Of a stretch of 64,000 nucleotides of DNA, positions 44,830 to 55,317 are shown piece by piece. Source of the stretch: Actinomycetota bacterium. Its GTDB lineage: Bacteria > Actinomycetota > Actinomycetes > S36-B12 > UBA5976. The notes beneath the pieces were generated by a model. That model worked only from the letters and a program-made list of their open reading frames with translations, made no database searches and was not told where the DNA came from. The DNA is taken from positions 67,692 to 131,691 of the forward strand of contig JAPLBY010000034.1 of assembly GCA_026392515.1 (NCBI GenBank), given 5' to 3'. The position numbers were made by a program, and so were the translations under genes. How positions within the stretch are numbered: the first letter of the stretch is position 1; each line of letters opens with the position of its first letter.

Positions 44830-45594
44830 TTAAGCAACAGGTTGCGCGCCAGTGATCTCCACAAGTGAGCCACACATAAATGCAGCCTCTTCCGAAGCCA
44901 AGAATGCAACTAGAGCCGCAACTTCATCAGGGCGACCAACTCGACCAAATGGAACTAGTGCATCAAGATCAGCAATGGTTCGTCCGGATCGCTTTGCGCC
45001 AGCTTCAAGCATTGGCGTATGAATTTCACCTGGGCAAACTGCATTTACTCGCACGTTATGCGGCGCGTAATCACGTGCCAAGTTTTGCGAGAAGGATGCA
45101 ACCGCTGCTTTGGTTACGTTGTAGCCGATGCAATTTGGGGCGGGATGTAAACCCCATTGCGATGCAGTGTTAACTATTGCGCCACCGCCGCCAGCAATCA
45201 TGTGCGTAAGTGCAGCGCGGCACAAGTGAAACATTGCGTTGATGTTAACTGCGAACAAGTCATTCCAGTCGTCCACGCTAATGTCTAAAATGTTGCCACG
45301 TCGCATGATGCCTGCGTTATTAACCAGGATGTCGATTTGGCCACGAAGTTCAAATGCTTGCGCAATTAAATCTGTACAGGCTGATTCGCTCGAAATATCT
45401 GCTGGAATTGCAATTGCAGATCCACCGCTTGCCACAATGTCTGCTGCGACTTTATGCGCATTTTCTGCGTTCGTGTCAGTCACAACAACGAATGCACCCT
45501 CGCCAGCTAAGCGCTGACAAATAGCAGTTCCGATTCCACCGGCGCCGCCCGTAACAATTGCAGTTTTTCCAGTAAAACGATTTGTCTGGTTCAT
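44830..45594 (-). CDS. SDR family oxidoreductase
   Basis: TGGAGGIG, NNAG and Y..TKAA catalytic motif. 254 aa. Confidence 0.9.
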   Translation of the reverse strand: MNQTNRFTGKTAIVTGGAGGIGTAICQRLAGEGAFVVVTDTNAENAHKVAADIVASGGSAIAIPADISSESACTDLIAQAFELRGQIDILVNNAGIMRRGNILDISVDDWNDLFAVNINAMFHLCRAALTHMIAGGGGAIVNTASQWGLHPAPNCIGYNVTKAAVASFSQNLARDYAPHNVRVNAVCPGEIHTPMLEAGAKRSGRTIADLDALVPFGRVGRPDEVAALVAFLASEEAAFMCGSLVEITGAQPVA

Positions 45595-45751
45595 TGAAAT
45601 TCCATTCCCTGTTTCGGTAGCGAGTATCGAGGCGTAAATCTGGTCTCGAAGATTGACCCTAGATGAATATCCCCTGAATTCAGAAGGAAATCAGGTATTT
45701 GGTCAAACTATGGATTCTTTAGATATAGGCCTTAACGGGTAATCTCGACAC

Positions 45752-47002
45752 GTGAGCACAACACAAACCCGCATCTACCTAGCCAGGCTGGCTGGGACTG
45801 CCGTATTTGACTCCGTGGGAGATCAAGTAGGCAAGATTCGTGATGTCGTTGTTACCTCGCGCTTAACTGGCAAGGCACCCTCAGTTTTGGGATTTGTCGT
45901 GGAAGTTGCCCCACGCCGCAGAATCTTTGTACCTATGGCGCGCATCACTTCGATTGAGCCAGGATCAGTTGTCACAAGTGGCGTAGTTAACCTGCGCAGG
46001 TTTGAAGGTCGCGCCGAAGAAACTCTGGTTATCGCAGAATTACTAGATCGTCGAGTAACGCTAATTGAATCTAGTGAACTCGTTACCGTTCAAGACATCG
46101 GCATGACACAAGAGCGAACTCAGGAATGGTCAATTAGTCGACTTTTCATTCGTAAAGCTGGATCAGGTTTTGGTCGTCGCGGCGAAACGGTTGCAGTCGA
46201 GTGGAGCGCAGTTACTGGATTGTTTTCGGAAAGTGAACAACAGCCTGTTGATTACCTTTTGGCATCCATTGAGACGATGCGTCCAGCCGACTTAGCTAAC
46301 TTGCTGCAAGAGTTGCCACAAAAGCGTCGCCTCGAACTTATTCAAGGCCTTGATGTTGAAAAGCTTGCAGACGTTTTCGAAGAACTTCCAGAAGATGATC
46401 GCGTTGAGATTATGTCTGAACTTGGTTTGGAACGCGCAACTGATGTTTTGGAAGAAATGGATCCAGATGACGCTGCGGATTTGCTTTCGGAATTACCGCC
46501 AGAGCAAGCTGAAGAATACCTCGAAGCAATGGAACCTGATGAGGCCGAAGACCTTAGAAGGCTTTTGACTTACGATGACTTCAGCGCGGGCGGCATGATG
46601 ACAACTGAGCCAATCGTGCTATCAACTGATGCCACAGTTGCAGAAGCTTTAGCTCGAGTGCGCGAGGAACAACTTTCTCCGGCACTTGCATCTCAGGTTT
46701 ATGTGACTCGGCAACCACTTGAAACACCGACTGGGAAATATCTAGGTGTTGCCCATGTTCAAAGATTGCTTCGTGAACCTCCTTCAAGTTTGGTTTCAGG
46801 CGTTCTGGACACTTCACTAGATCCAATTGGACCCGGCGCACCACTTGGCCAAGTTGCTAGATACTTTGCGACTTACAACTTGGTCGCGCTACCAGTAGTT
46901 GATGCAAATGGTCATTTGATTGGCGCAGTAACTATTGATGACGTAATCGACCACATGCTGCCAGAAGACTGGCGGGAAAACGAGTTAGATGAGGAGGGCT
47001 GA
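45752..47002 (+). CDS. PRC-barrel / MgtE N-terminal domain / CBS-pair protein (no membrane domain)
   Basis: Acidic MgtE_N-like repeats (ELPEDDRVEIMSEL...EEMDPDDAADLLSELP) followed by a CBS pair. 416 aa. Rv1232c-like position. Confidence 0.75.
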   Translation: MSTTQTRIYLARLAGTAVFDSVGDQVGKIRDVVVTSRLTGKAPSVLGFVVEVAPRRRIFVPMARITSIEPGSVVTSGVVNLRRFEGRAEETLVIAELLDRRVTLIESSELVTVQDIGMTQERTQEWSISRLFIRKAGSGFGRRGETVAVEWSAVTGLFSESEQQPVDYLLASIETMRPADLANLLQELPQKRRLELIQGLDVEKLADVFEELPEDDRVEIMSELGLERATDVLEEMDPDDAADLLSELPPEQAEEYLEAMEPDEAEDLRRLLTYDDFSAGGMMTTEPIVLSTDATVAEALARVREEQLSPALASQVYVTRQPLETPTGKYLGVAHVQRLLREPPSSLVSGVLDTSLDPIGPGAPLGQVARYFATYNLVALPVVDANGHLIGAVTIDDVIDHMLPEDWRENELDEEG

Positions 47003-47004
47003 TC

Positions 47005-47520
47005 ATGGCACGCAACGAACGAAGAGGACCACGTTTAGATCAGCCTTTAGAAAGAGGGCGCAACCTACGTCCAACTGTCGACTCTGAAGTCGCAGGTCGT
47101 GTTAGCGAACGAGTTGCTCGATTCATAGGATCCTGGCGCTTTCTTGGCTACATGACATTTGTAGTTTTTGGTTGGCTTGCTTGGAACATTTTTGCCCCAA
47201 GCGATCTTCGAGTGGATGCATTTCCTTTCCTTTTTCTAACTTTGTGTTTGTCATTGCAGGCTTCCTACGCTGCGCCGCTGATTTTGTTAGCGCAAAATCG
47301 CCAAGCAGATCGAGAGCGCGCTGTCTTACAAGACGATCGTGATCGCACTGCGCGCCTAATGGCTGATTCAGATTTTTTGACTCGTGAAATTGCTTCATTG
47401 CGCCTAGCACTAGGTGAAGTCGTCACGCGCGACTACCTACGTGGCGAGATCCGTGACTTGCTGGAAGAATTCAAAGACATACAAAACGTCGATAAAAAGG
47501 ATGATTCAGAAACTTCATGA
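47005..47520 (+). CDS. DUF1003 membrane protein
   Basis: Two TM segments followed by LQASYAAPLILLAQNRQADRER. 171 aa. Confidence 0.8.
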   Translation: MARNERRGPRLDQPLERGRNLRPTVDSEVAGRVSERVARFIGSWRFLGYMTFVVFGWLAWNIFAPSDLRVDAFPFLFLTLCLSLQASYAAPLILLAQNRQADRERAVLQDDRDRTARLMADSDFLTREIASLRLALGEVVTRDYLRGEIRDLLEEFKDIQNVDKKDDSETS

Positions 47521-48647
47521 GTGTTAACCAAGAAGCTGTTCAAGCCGCTCTCGCAACTGTAATTGATCCAGAAATTCGTCGACCAATAACTGAAATTGGA
47601 ATGGTTAAAGATGTTGCTATTGCTGGCGGCAAAGTAACAGTTGGGGTTTACCTGACAATCTCTGCTTGCCCAATGCAAGACACCATCGTTAACAGTGTCA
47701 AAGCCGCAGTTTCTAAAGTCAGAGACGTTGTCGAAGTTGAAGTTGAGCTCGATGTAATGAGTCCTGAGCAACGCACTGCGCTTCGGGAAAAGTTACAGGG
47801 ACCAACCAAAGAGATTCGATTCAACTTGCCTGGATCCTTGACCAGAATCTACGCAATTGCTTCTGGCAAGGGTGGCGTTGGAAAGTCCTCAGTAACAACT
47901 AACTTGGCTGCAGCTATGGCAGTTCAAGGGTTGTCAGTTGGCATTGTTGATGCAGATATTTACGGTCACTCAATCCCCGACATGATGGGAGTCACTCAGG
48001 CTCCACTCAAAGTCGAAAACATGATCATGCCGCCACAGGGTCATGGCGTTCGCATCATGTCCATGCTTCCACTTAAGCCAAAAGGCCGACACGAGCCAGT
48101 CGCAATGCGTGGTCCGATGTTGCATCGTTACCTTGAATCATTCTTGAGCGAAGTTTGGTGGGGCGACCTAGACGTGTTACTTCTAGACCTGCCACCAGGC
48201 ACAGGTGACATTGCCATCAGCACGGCACACCTGTTACCGCAAAGTGAATTAATCATCGTCACTACTCCGCAGCCAGCTGCTGCAGACGTAGCAATTCGTG
48301 CTGGAATGTTGGCGCCACAAGTTAATCAACGCGTAAGCGGAGTGATTGAGAATATGTCTGCATTTGCTTGCCCACACTGTGGTGAACCAATCGACATGTT
48401 TGGTACTGGTGGCGGAAAAATGGTTGCCGAAACCCTTACCCAGAATGTTGGCCAAGAAGTTCCATTGCTTGGACGAATTCCTTTTGATCCAGGTTTACGT
48501 GAAGGTGGAGACGCAGGAATGCCGTTCGTGCTTTCCCATCCCGATGCGCCGGCTTCTAAAGCAATCATTGAGATGGCAACCAAACTTGGAACTCGGCCAC
48601 GTGGCTTAGTTGGAATGAACTTAGGCGTTACACCTAATCGCGATTAA
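47517..48647 (+). CDS. mrp: Mrp/NBP35 (ApbC) Fe-S cluster carrier ATPase with N-terminal DUF59 domain
   Basis: VIDPEIRRPITEIGMV (DUF59), deviant Walker A SGKGGVGKSS and CPHCG. Confidence 0.92.
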   Translation: MSVNQEAVQAALATVIDPEIRRPITEIGMVKDVAIAGGKVTVGVYLTISACPMQDTIVNSVKAAVSKVRDVVEVEVELDVMSPEQRTALREKLQGPTKEIRFNLPGSLTRIYAIASGKGGVGKSSVTTNLAAAMAVQGLSVGIVDADIYGHSIPDMMGVTQAPLKVENMIMPPQGHGVRIMSMLPLKPKGRHEPVAMRGPMLHRYLESFLSEVWWGDLDVLLLDLPPGTGDIAISTAHLLPQSELIIVTTPQPAAADVAIRAGMLAPQVNQRVSGVIENMSAFACPHCGEPIDMFGTGGGKMVAETLTQNVGQEVPLLGRIPFDPGLREGGDAGMPFVLSHPDAPASKAIIEMATKLGTRPRGLVGMNLGVTPNRD

Positions 48648-48976
48648 GTAGCGTCTGGATCGAAAACTGGATTTACTTTTGCCGAACCAGCTGGAGAAGA
48701 TTTTGCCTGTCCGGCTAATCCGGTTAGTCCTGCCACTGAGGAAACTGCATTTGTAGTTAATCCCCGAGGCGTAAGACCGCGCAGATCTTTGGCTAGATCC
48801 GTTACCGCTTTGGTGTCAACCGATCCAGTCAGTTCCGCGGTGGCTTCGCTTGCTTTAGTTCGCATGGTCTTGATGAACTTTGCGAACTGTGCGCTCATCT
48901 CTGGCAAACGCTCAGGGCCAAAAACGATCAGGCCAATCATCGCAATGACCAAAAACTCTGTCCACCCGATATTCAT
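48644..48976 (-). CDS. tatB: Twin-arginine translocase TatA/B family protein (TatB-like)
   Basis: MNIGWTEFLVIAMIGLIVFGPERLPE N-terminal TM plus amphipathic helix. 110 aa. Confidence 0.85.
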   Translation of the reverse strand: MNIGWTEFLVIAMIGLIVFGPERLPEMSAQFAKFIKTMRTKASEATAELTGSVDTKAVTDLAKDLRGLTPRGLTTNAVSSVAGLTGLAGQAKSSPAGSAKVNPVFDPDAT

Positions 48977-49003
48977 AACCCGACTTTACTCCCCTAGTAA
49001 AAG

Positions 49004-50221
49004 CTAGTTCTGATCTGAACCCAGAGTTACTTCGATAACACTGCCATCTAAAAGCGTTAATTCGACAACGTCGCCTGGATTTTTTGCTCGGATTCTGACA
49101 ACTAGCTCAGTGCCATCGCTAACTTTGACGCCATCAATTGCAGTAATCACATCACCAGCTGCCAATTCCGTTTCAGAAGCTGGCCCACCTTCGACTACAG
49201 ATTGGACCAATGCGCCTTGCTTTTCGTATGTCATGTCCAGTTGAACGCCAATTACTGGGTAACTAGAAGAACCGGTCTCGATTAGTTCAGTTGCAACTCG
49301 TCGAGCTTGATTAATTGGAATTGCAAAACCAAGTCCAATGCTTCCGCTTTGACCTGAGACGGAACTGCCCGTTGTTGCAATAGCGGAATTGATTCCAATC
49401 ACTTCACCACGAGAGTTAACCAACGGCCCACCAGAGTTACCAGGGTTAATCGCAGCATCAGTTTGGATTGCACTAATGAATGAAACGTCAGTGGCATCCC
49501 CTGCAGTTACCGGACGGTTCAAAGCAGAAACTATTCCACTTGTAACGGTGCCAGTCAGACCCAATGGTGAACCGATCGCAATTGTGGCATCACCAACAAC
49601 AACATCGTCAGAATTACCGAGCGCGGCAACCGGCAAGTTTCCACGATCAATTCGAAGCACCGCTAAGTCATACGATGCGTCCGTTCCAACGATCGTTGCG
49701 GTTTCTTGAGATTGGTCTTGAAAAGTTACAGTTATTTCTTGAGCTCCACCAGCTCCAGTAGCAACATGGTTGTTAGTCAAGATGAAAGATTCTTTTGCAG
49801 TACTTCTAATCACAAATCCAGACCCAGTGCCTGAGCCTTGGTCAGAAGTCACATCGATTGATACAACTACCGGCAAAACTGCTTGCGCAATTCCAGCAAT
49901 AGAGTCATCGGCGCGCGGTGAAGTATCTCCGCTTGAGGCTGGAAGTGAGATCGACGGAGCTGGAGTGTTTCCAATCATGGAGGCACCCATGAAACCGATC
50001 ATGCCCGCCAGTAGGCCACTGATTACACCAGCGATTATTGCTTTCTTTACGGCTGGTGAAGCGCTGCCTGCTGATTGCTCAGAGTACGAAACTGGGGGCG
50101 TGTAAACAAATGTTGGGGTTGGTAGCGGAGCCACAGCCACTTGGGTTGCTTGCAAATTAGGCAGGTCTACAGATGAAGGTGTCTCGGGCAAATCATGCGG
50201 ATCTTCCGGCGTCTGTGTCAT
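49004..50221 (-). CDS. HtrA/DegP-type S1C serine protease with PDZ domain
   Basis: TM anchor, TNNHV (His), D (LAVLRID), GNSGGPLVN (Ser) and C-terminal PDZ (LAAGDVITAIDG). Confidence 0.9.
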   Translation of the reverse strand: MTQTPEDPHDLPETPSSVDLPNLQATQVAVAPLPTPTFVYTPPVSYSEQSAGSASPAVKKAIIAGVISGLLAGMIGFMGASMIGNTPAPSISLPASSGDTSPRADDSIAGIAQAVLPVVVSIDVTSDQGSGTGSGFVIRSTAKESFILTNNHVATGAGGAQEITVTFQDQSQETATIVGTDASYDLAVLRIDRGNLPVAALGNSDDVVVGDATIAIGSPLGLTGTVTSGIVSALNRPVTAGDATDVSFISAIQTDAAINPGNSGGPLVNSRGEVIGINSAIATTGSSVSGQSGSIGLGFAIPINQARRVATELIETGSSSYPVIGVQLDMTYEKQGALVQSVVEGGPASETELAAGDVITAIDGVKVSDGTELVVRIRAKNPGDVVELTLLDGSVIEVTLGSDQN

Positions 50222-50389
50222 AACCTAACTTTCTTGGTAACTTGGCGTTCTTTTGTCTACCCCTATTCTCTCTGATGAATCCGACATCCTGCTCGCCGAA
50301 CTCCCCTTCCCAACCAGATCAGAGACAACCTCTGGCCAAAAATTGGCAGGACCTTAGCCAAATTCCACCGGTGGCCGTACGCTTACTTC

Positions 50390-51043
50390 ATGGCACCAAC
50401 AGATCCACGTATCCTGGCAATCCACCGCGCTTCTACTGACTATGCCGAAAGCTGGGCAGGTGAGGACGGAATCCGTTCCCATGCCCGTGCTAAAGCTGCC
50501 GAAATTGGCTGTGTCGCAATGGGGCCGGGCGCCGGAAGTATCGTGCGCACTTTAGCTGCTGCTATTGACGCCAAGAACGTTGTTGAAATTGGCACTGGTG
50601 CTGGCGTATCTGCGCTTTGGCTTTTAGATGGAATGAATTCCGAGGGTGTTCTAACGAGCGTGGATGTTGAAGCAGAGCATCAGTTAATTGCTAAGGATGC
50701 AATCTCCCAAGCTGGAATTGCTCCTAACCGAGTTCGTTTGATTAATGGTCGAGCCGATGAAGTACTAGATCGTTTAACTGAATCGGCTTACGACATTGTT
50801 TTGATAGCTGGCAAACCACTCGAGCTTGCTGATCATATTTCACGGGCTTTGAATCTGTTGCGAAGTGGTGGTCTGCTCATTATTGATCGCGCACTTTGGA
50901 ACGATAAATTAGCTGATCCAGCTCAGCGGGATCCAGATACGGTTGCTATGCGCGGCGCTATCGAAGCGCTAGCTAGTAACGAAGATTTTGTTGGTTCATT
51001 GCTACCAGTTGGTGGCGGATTGTTAGTGGCTGTTAAAAAGTAG
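50390..51043 (+). CDS. Class I SAM-dependent O-methyltransferase (Rv1220c-like)
   Basis: VVEIGTGAGVSALWL SAM motif. 217 aa. Confidence 0.85.
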   Translation: MAPTDPRILAIHRASTDYAESWAGEDGIRSHARAKAAEIGCVAMGPGAGSIVRTLAAAIDAKNVVEIGTGAGVSALWLLDGMNSEGVLTSVDVEAEHQLIAKDAISQAGIAPNRVRLINGRADEVLDRLTESAYDIVLIAGKPLELADHISRALNLLRSGGLLIIDRALWNDKLADPAQRDPDTVAMRGAIEALASNEDFVGSLLPVGGGLLVAVKK

Positions 51044-51086
51044 GCAGTGCCAGATTAGGCAATGTTTGTTTAGGCAGCGCTCATTG

Positions 51087-51120
51087 ATGCCAAAGAAATA
51101 GCAAGCTATTTCTTTGGCAT
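51087..51120. repeat. 16-bp-arm inverted repeat that includes a stop codon
   Basis: atgccaaagaaatagc-aa-gctatttctttggcat. The right arm encodes MPKK* of the DUF3117 gene on the minus strand. Confidence 0.9.
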
Positions 51121-51288
51121 TGAACTTACTGTGTCTTTTAGAACTGCTCCAAGGTCTTTAACTTCCTGAGCATTAAGTTCAACTACCAAGCGTCCGCCGC
51201 CTTCAAGTGGAACTCGAAGAACATAGCCGCGACCTTCTTTTGTGCATTCCATTGGGCCGTCGCCTGTGCGTGGCTTCATAGCTGCCAT
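51106..51288 (-). CDS. DUF3117 family small protein
   Basis: MAAMKPRTGDGPMECTKEGRGYVLRVPLEGGGRLVVEL. GGAAGG lies 8 nt upstream of ATG 51288, and the GTG at 51297 sits inside that SD. Confidence 0.85.
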   Translation of the reverse strand: MAAMKPRTGDGPMECTKEGRGYVLRVPLEGGGRLVVELNAQEVKDLGAVLKDTVSSMPKK

Positions 51289-51440
51289 TTTGGTCACCTT
51301 CCGATAAGTTTCGTGAATTACGCTTTGGTATCTCTATTATCCCTTAAAAACAGGTGGTTACGAAATCCGGACAATTGCTCAAAACCCTTGCAAATAATGG
51401 GGTTTTCAAAGGTTAAAACGACCTAAATGTGGAGCGGCTT

Positions 51441-51902
51441 TTAAAGCTTGCCTTGCTCGACTTGGCTAGCAAACTTTTCTAGTGACTTACGAACGCCGTA
51501 AACAAAACCAGGCTTAACAAAAAAGAATCCAACTTTGCCCAAAAGGCCAAGTGGTAGGTCTAAGTCCTCACTCCAAATGAATTTTGAAGTTGATTCACTA
51601 GTTGCTACAACTTCAAAAGTTCCAGTTCCGCGCACAACTCGACCAGTATGGTTCACATCGCAAAGCCTTGGTGGCTCCCAAGTGGTGATCTCCATGGTGT
51701 CCAGAAACCCAATGCGCCAAATTCCAGTGAAAGCTTCGATCTTTCCGCCCACACCTGTTCCGTCACCATCTACTGGCCAAACTTTGGTACCAAGCATCCA
51801 CTGACTTTGCGCTTGCCAGTTAGTTATGCCATCCCAAACTTTTTGTGCGGGAGCTTGAATCAAAACTTCTAACTCAATGTGTTCCATTAACCCTTTAGCC
51901 AA
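51441..51902 (-). CDS. SRPBCC (START/polyketide-cyclase-like) family protein
   Basis: 153 aa, with the typical IEVLIQAPAQKVWDGITNW start of this fold. Confidence 0.75.
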   Translation of the reverse strand: MAKGLMEHIELEVLIQAPAQKVWDGITNWQAQSQWMLGTKVWPVDGDGTGVGGKIEAFTGIWRIGFLDTMEITTWEPPRLCDVNHTGRVVRGTGTFEVVATSESTSKFIWSEDLDLPLGLLGKVGFFFVKPGFVYGVRKSLEKFASQVEQGKL

Positions 51903-53029
51903 TCAAATACGGTTTCTTCGCACTGCTTGAGTTGAGCAACAGAAACGTGTTCATTTCGAGAATGCGCTAAACCAGGATCCCCAGGACCAAGGTTTACTGC
52001 TGGCACTCCCATTGCGGAGAATCTCGCAACATCAGTCCAACCAAACTTCGGTGCAACTTTTCCACCAACCCGAGAGACTAAATCCGCAAGCGCTGGGCGA
52101 TCTAGTCCTGGCATCGCGCCCGGTGCGTTATCGACAAACTCAACAAGGAAGCCGTCAAAAACTTCTCGGATGTGCGCTTCGGCTTGGGCTCCACTGGTGC
52201 TTGGTGCGTATCGATAGTTAACTTCAACGGTTGCCGAATCTGGGATCACGTTTCCGGCTATCCCGCCAGAAACCTGCACTGCGTTTAGGCCCTCGCGGTA
52301 CTCAAGACCGTCGATCAATACTTTTGCTGGAACGTAGGAATTAAGTCTGGCCAAAATGTCGCCCAAATTGTGAATCGCATTATCCCCAAGCCAAGAACGC
52401 GCACTATGAGCCCGAGTGCCCACTGTGGAAACTTTTGCTCGAAGTGTGCCTTGGCAACCAGCTTCAATGTTGGCATTGGAAGGCTCTAGTAAAACTGCAA
52501 TGTCGGCTGCCAGCCATTCTGGATGTTCAGCAGCAATCAGGGTCAAGCCATTTCGCTCGCTATCGACTTCTTCGCATTCATAAAAAATGTAGGTGACATC
52601 GAACTGCGGATTCTCGATAGTTACAGCCGCTCGCAGTGCTACGGCCACGCCACCCTTCATGTCACATGAGCCAAGGCCGAAAACTACATCATCAGGAACA
52701 ACCGTGCCATCACTTGGCAGACCACTGCCGCCGGAGACAAAAACTGCGGCTTCGTTGTCAGCTACTGGGACGGTGTCGATATGGCCTGCAACTATGACTC
52801 GGGAGGCCTTATCCAGGTTAGTTTTTGCAACCACTGAGTTCTTGAATCGGTGAACTTCCAACCAATCGCATTTGCTTAATTCGACAAAAATGGCATTTGC
52901 TAATGCAGCTTCATTGCCAGAAACGCTTGGAATATTGACCAGATCGGTAGTCAGCGCAACGATGTCGGCGTGCGGGTTTAACGCAACTATGTCCACACGA
53001 CTACGGTAGTCCTGTAATGCTTTTTTCAC
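51887..53029 (-). CDS. dapE: Succinyl-diaminopimelate desuccinylase (M20 family)
   Basis: [17 protein letters not shown] and EE motifs. Divergent from dapD. Confidence 0.88.
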   Translation of the reverse strand: MKKALQDYRSRVDIVALNPHADIVALTTDLVNIPSVSGNEAALANAIFVELSKCDWLEVHRFKNSVVAKTNLDKASRVIVAGHIDTVPVADNEAAVFVSGGSGLPSDGTVVPDDVVFGLGSCDMKGGVAVALRAAVTIENPQFDVTYIFYECEEVDSERNGLTLIAAEHPEWLAADIAVLLEPSNANIEAGCQGTLRAKVSTVGTRAHSARSWLGDNAIHNLGDILARLNSYVPAKVLIDGLEYREGLNAVQVSGGIAGNVIPDSATVEVNYRYAPSTSGAQAEAHIREVFDGFLVEFVDNAPGAMPGLDRPALADLVSRVGGKVAPKFGWTDVARFSAMGVPAVNLGPGDPGLAHSRNEHVSVAQLKQCEETVFDWLKG

Positions 53030-53059
53030 TACTTAATACCCCTATTTTCAAGGATTGAC

Positions 53060-53980
53060 ATGAGCCAGAGTCAAATTGCAACTGCCACCGGATTAGCCAC
53101 GTACGCGGCTGACGTGCTACTTGATGTTTGGTATCCGCAACCAGCTCTTGGCGAAAAAGCAGCTCACGTTACTGGTCTAGAACGAGGAATCGATACTGAT
53201 GCATTGCGCGGAGTTCGAGTTGAAGTAATTACCACCACTTCGGATTTGGCCGCTGCTCCTAAAGATGCCGCAGATGCATACTTGCGTCTGCATTTACTTT
53301 CGCACCGATTAATGGCTCCGCGAACTATAAATCTTGATGGGTTATTTGGATTGCTTACCAACGTTGCCTGGACCTCACTTGGTCCAGTAGCAGTTGAGAA
53401 TGTTACTCAAGTGGCCATAAATGCTCGAGCCAAAGGTATCCAGTTAAACGTTTTTGGCTTGGATAAGTTTCCGCGCATGTTGGACTACGTAGTTCCAAGT
53501 GGCGTGCGAATTGCGGACGCTGATCGCGTGCGACTTGGAGCACATCTAGCTTCGGGCACGACAGTTATGCACGAAGGATTCGTAAACTTCAACGCTGGAA
53601 CTCTAGGTGCCAGCATGGTTGAAGGTCGAATCTCAGCTGGCGTAGTTGTTGGTAACGGATCTGACATTGGTGGTGGCGCCAGCATTATGGGAACTCTCTC
53701 TGGTGGCGGCAAAGAAGTAATCACTATTGGTGAGAATTGCTTGGTGGGCGCCAACGCCGGCGTGGGAATTTCACTTGGCGATAGTTGTGTCGTTGAAGCC
53801 GGTTGTTACATCACCGGTGGATCAAAAATCACCCTGCCAGATAACACTGTGGTCAAAGCAAAGGAATTATCTGGTGCTAACGGTTTGTTATTCCGACGTA
53901 ACTCAGTTTCGGGTGCACTTGAAGCAGTAACTCGCGAAGGTACTTGGGGCGGGCTAAACGAAGCCCTTCACAAAAACTAA
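53060..53980 (+). CDS. dapD: 2,3,4,5-tetrahydropyridine-2,6-dicarboxylate N-succinyltransferase (actinobacterial type)
   Basis: Hexapeptide-repeat region ([35 protein letters not shown]...), preceded by the [16 protein letters not shown]-domain. Confidence 0.88.
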   Translation: MSQSQIATATGLATYAADVLLDVWYPQPALGEKAAHVTGLERGIDTDALRGVRVEVITTTSDLAAAPKDAADAYLRLHLLSHRLMAPRTINLDGLFGLLTNVAWTSLGPVAVENVTQVAINARAKGIQLNVFGLDKFPRMLDYVVPSGVRIADADRVRLGAHLASGTTVMHEGFVNFNAGTLGASMVEGRISAGVVVGNGSDIGGGASIMGTLSGGGKEVITIGENCLVGANAGVGISLGDSCVVEAGCYITGGSKITLPDNTVVKAKELSGANGLLFRRNSVSGALEAVTREGTWGGLNEALHKN

Positions 53981-53987
53981 GTTCTAG

Positions 53988-55271
53988 TTATCGCTTAGCT
54001 AGATCGACATAGCCGCGTTCAGCTTCACCAATGTAAACCTGGCGTGGGCGACCAATCTTTGTGTCTGGATCTGTGATCATTTCCTGCCACTGTGCGATCC
54101 AACCTGGTACTCGACCAATTGCAAACAACACAGTGAACATGCGAGTTGGGAAACCAATCGCGCGGTAAATCAAACCAGTGTAGAAATCAACATTCGGGTA
54201 CAGCTTGCGTTCGATAAAGAATTCATCATTTAGCGCTGCGTCTTCAAGTTCGCGTGCGATATCAAACAGTGGATCTTGGACGCCAAGCATGGTCAAAATG
54301 TCATGTGCACGCTTGCGGACAATTGCAGCACGTGGATCGTAACTCTTGTAAACGCGGTGACCAAAGCCCATTAGCTTTACGCCGTCTTCGCGATTCTTTA
54401 CGCGCTGAATGAACTGTTGAACTGTGTCACCGGAACTTTGAATTCCTTCCAGCATTTCAAGAACCGCTTGGTTGGCGCCACCATGTAGTGGACCGAACAA
54501 CGCGTTAATGCCAGCTGAAACTGAAGCGAATAGGTTTGCGTGCGAAGAACCAACCATACGAACCGTTGATGTTGAGCAATTCTGTTCGTGATCTGCGTGC
54601 AAAATAAAAAGCATGTCTAGAGCTTTAACAATTGCTGGATTGACTTCGTATGGTTCGGCCGGAACACCGAAAGTCATGTTCATGAAGTTGGAAACATAAT
54701 CAAGAGAATTATCTGGGTAGCGCGAAGGCTGACCGATTGTTTTCTTGTATGCATAAGCAGCAAGAGTTGGGATCTTTGCCATCAAGCGAATTGTTGAGAT
54801 CTCAACTTGGCGCTCATCAAATGGATCAAGTGAATCTTGGTAGAAAGTAGACAGCGCACTCACTGCACTACTCAAGACTGGCATTGGGTGCGCATCGCGT
54901 GGGAAACCATCAAAGAATCGGCGAAGGTCTTCGTGCACCATGGTGTGCATGCTGATGTCTTCAGTGAACTTGCTCAGTTCGCCAGCACTTGGCAGGTGAC
55001 CGTAAATCAAAAGGAAGGAAGTTTCTAGAAAAGTACTTTGCTCTGCAAGTTGTTCGATTGGGTAACCGCGGTAACGCAAAATTCCCTTATCACCATCGAT
55101 GTAAGTGATTGCAGATTCACATGAAGCGGTGTTCATGAAGCCGTGGTCAAGCGTTATGTGGCCGGTTTCTTTAAGCAACGCCGACACGTCATAACCTGAA
55201 GCGCCAACCGTAGCTGGGACCTCACCAAGAAGTAGTTCGCCATTTGGGTGGACCAGTTTTGCTTGGGACAT
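53988..55271 (-). CDS. gltA: Citrate synthase (type II)
   Basis: HADHEQNCSTST, GPLHGGAN and MGFGHRVYK motifs. 427 aa. Confidence 0.95.
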   Translation of the reverse strand: MSQAKLVHPNGELLLGEVPATVGASGYDVSALLKETGHITLDHGFMNTASCESAITYIDGDKGILRYRGYPIEQLAEQSTFLETSFLLIYGHLPSAGELSKFTEDISMHTMVHEDLRRFFDGFPRDAHPMPVLSSAVSALSTFYQDSLDPFDERQVEISTIRLMAKIPTLAAYAYKKTIGQPSRYPDNSLDYVSNFMNMTFGVPAEPYEVNPAIVKALDMLFILHADHEQNCSTSTVRMVGSSHANLFASVSAGINALFGPLHGGANQAVLEMLEGIQSSGDTVQQFIQRVKNREDGVKLMGFGHRVYKSYDPRAAIVRKRAHDILTMLGVQDPLFDIARELEDAALNDEFFIERKLYPNVDFYTGLIYRAIGFPTRMFTVLFAIGRVPGWIAQWQEMITDPDTKIGRPRQVYIGEAERGYVDLAKR

Positions 55272-55317
55272 GAGACAAACTTACTATTTGCGCCCTTGCT
55301 AGGACTAATCAGACTAT

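Noticed and set aside
50242-50439. 65-aa ORF in the htrA / O-methyltransferase spacer
   Set aside because: It has no RBS and Pro/Ser-rich low-complexity composition, and it overlaps the better-supported O-methyltransferase start. It is not a SigE or RseA remnant by any motif I can see.
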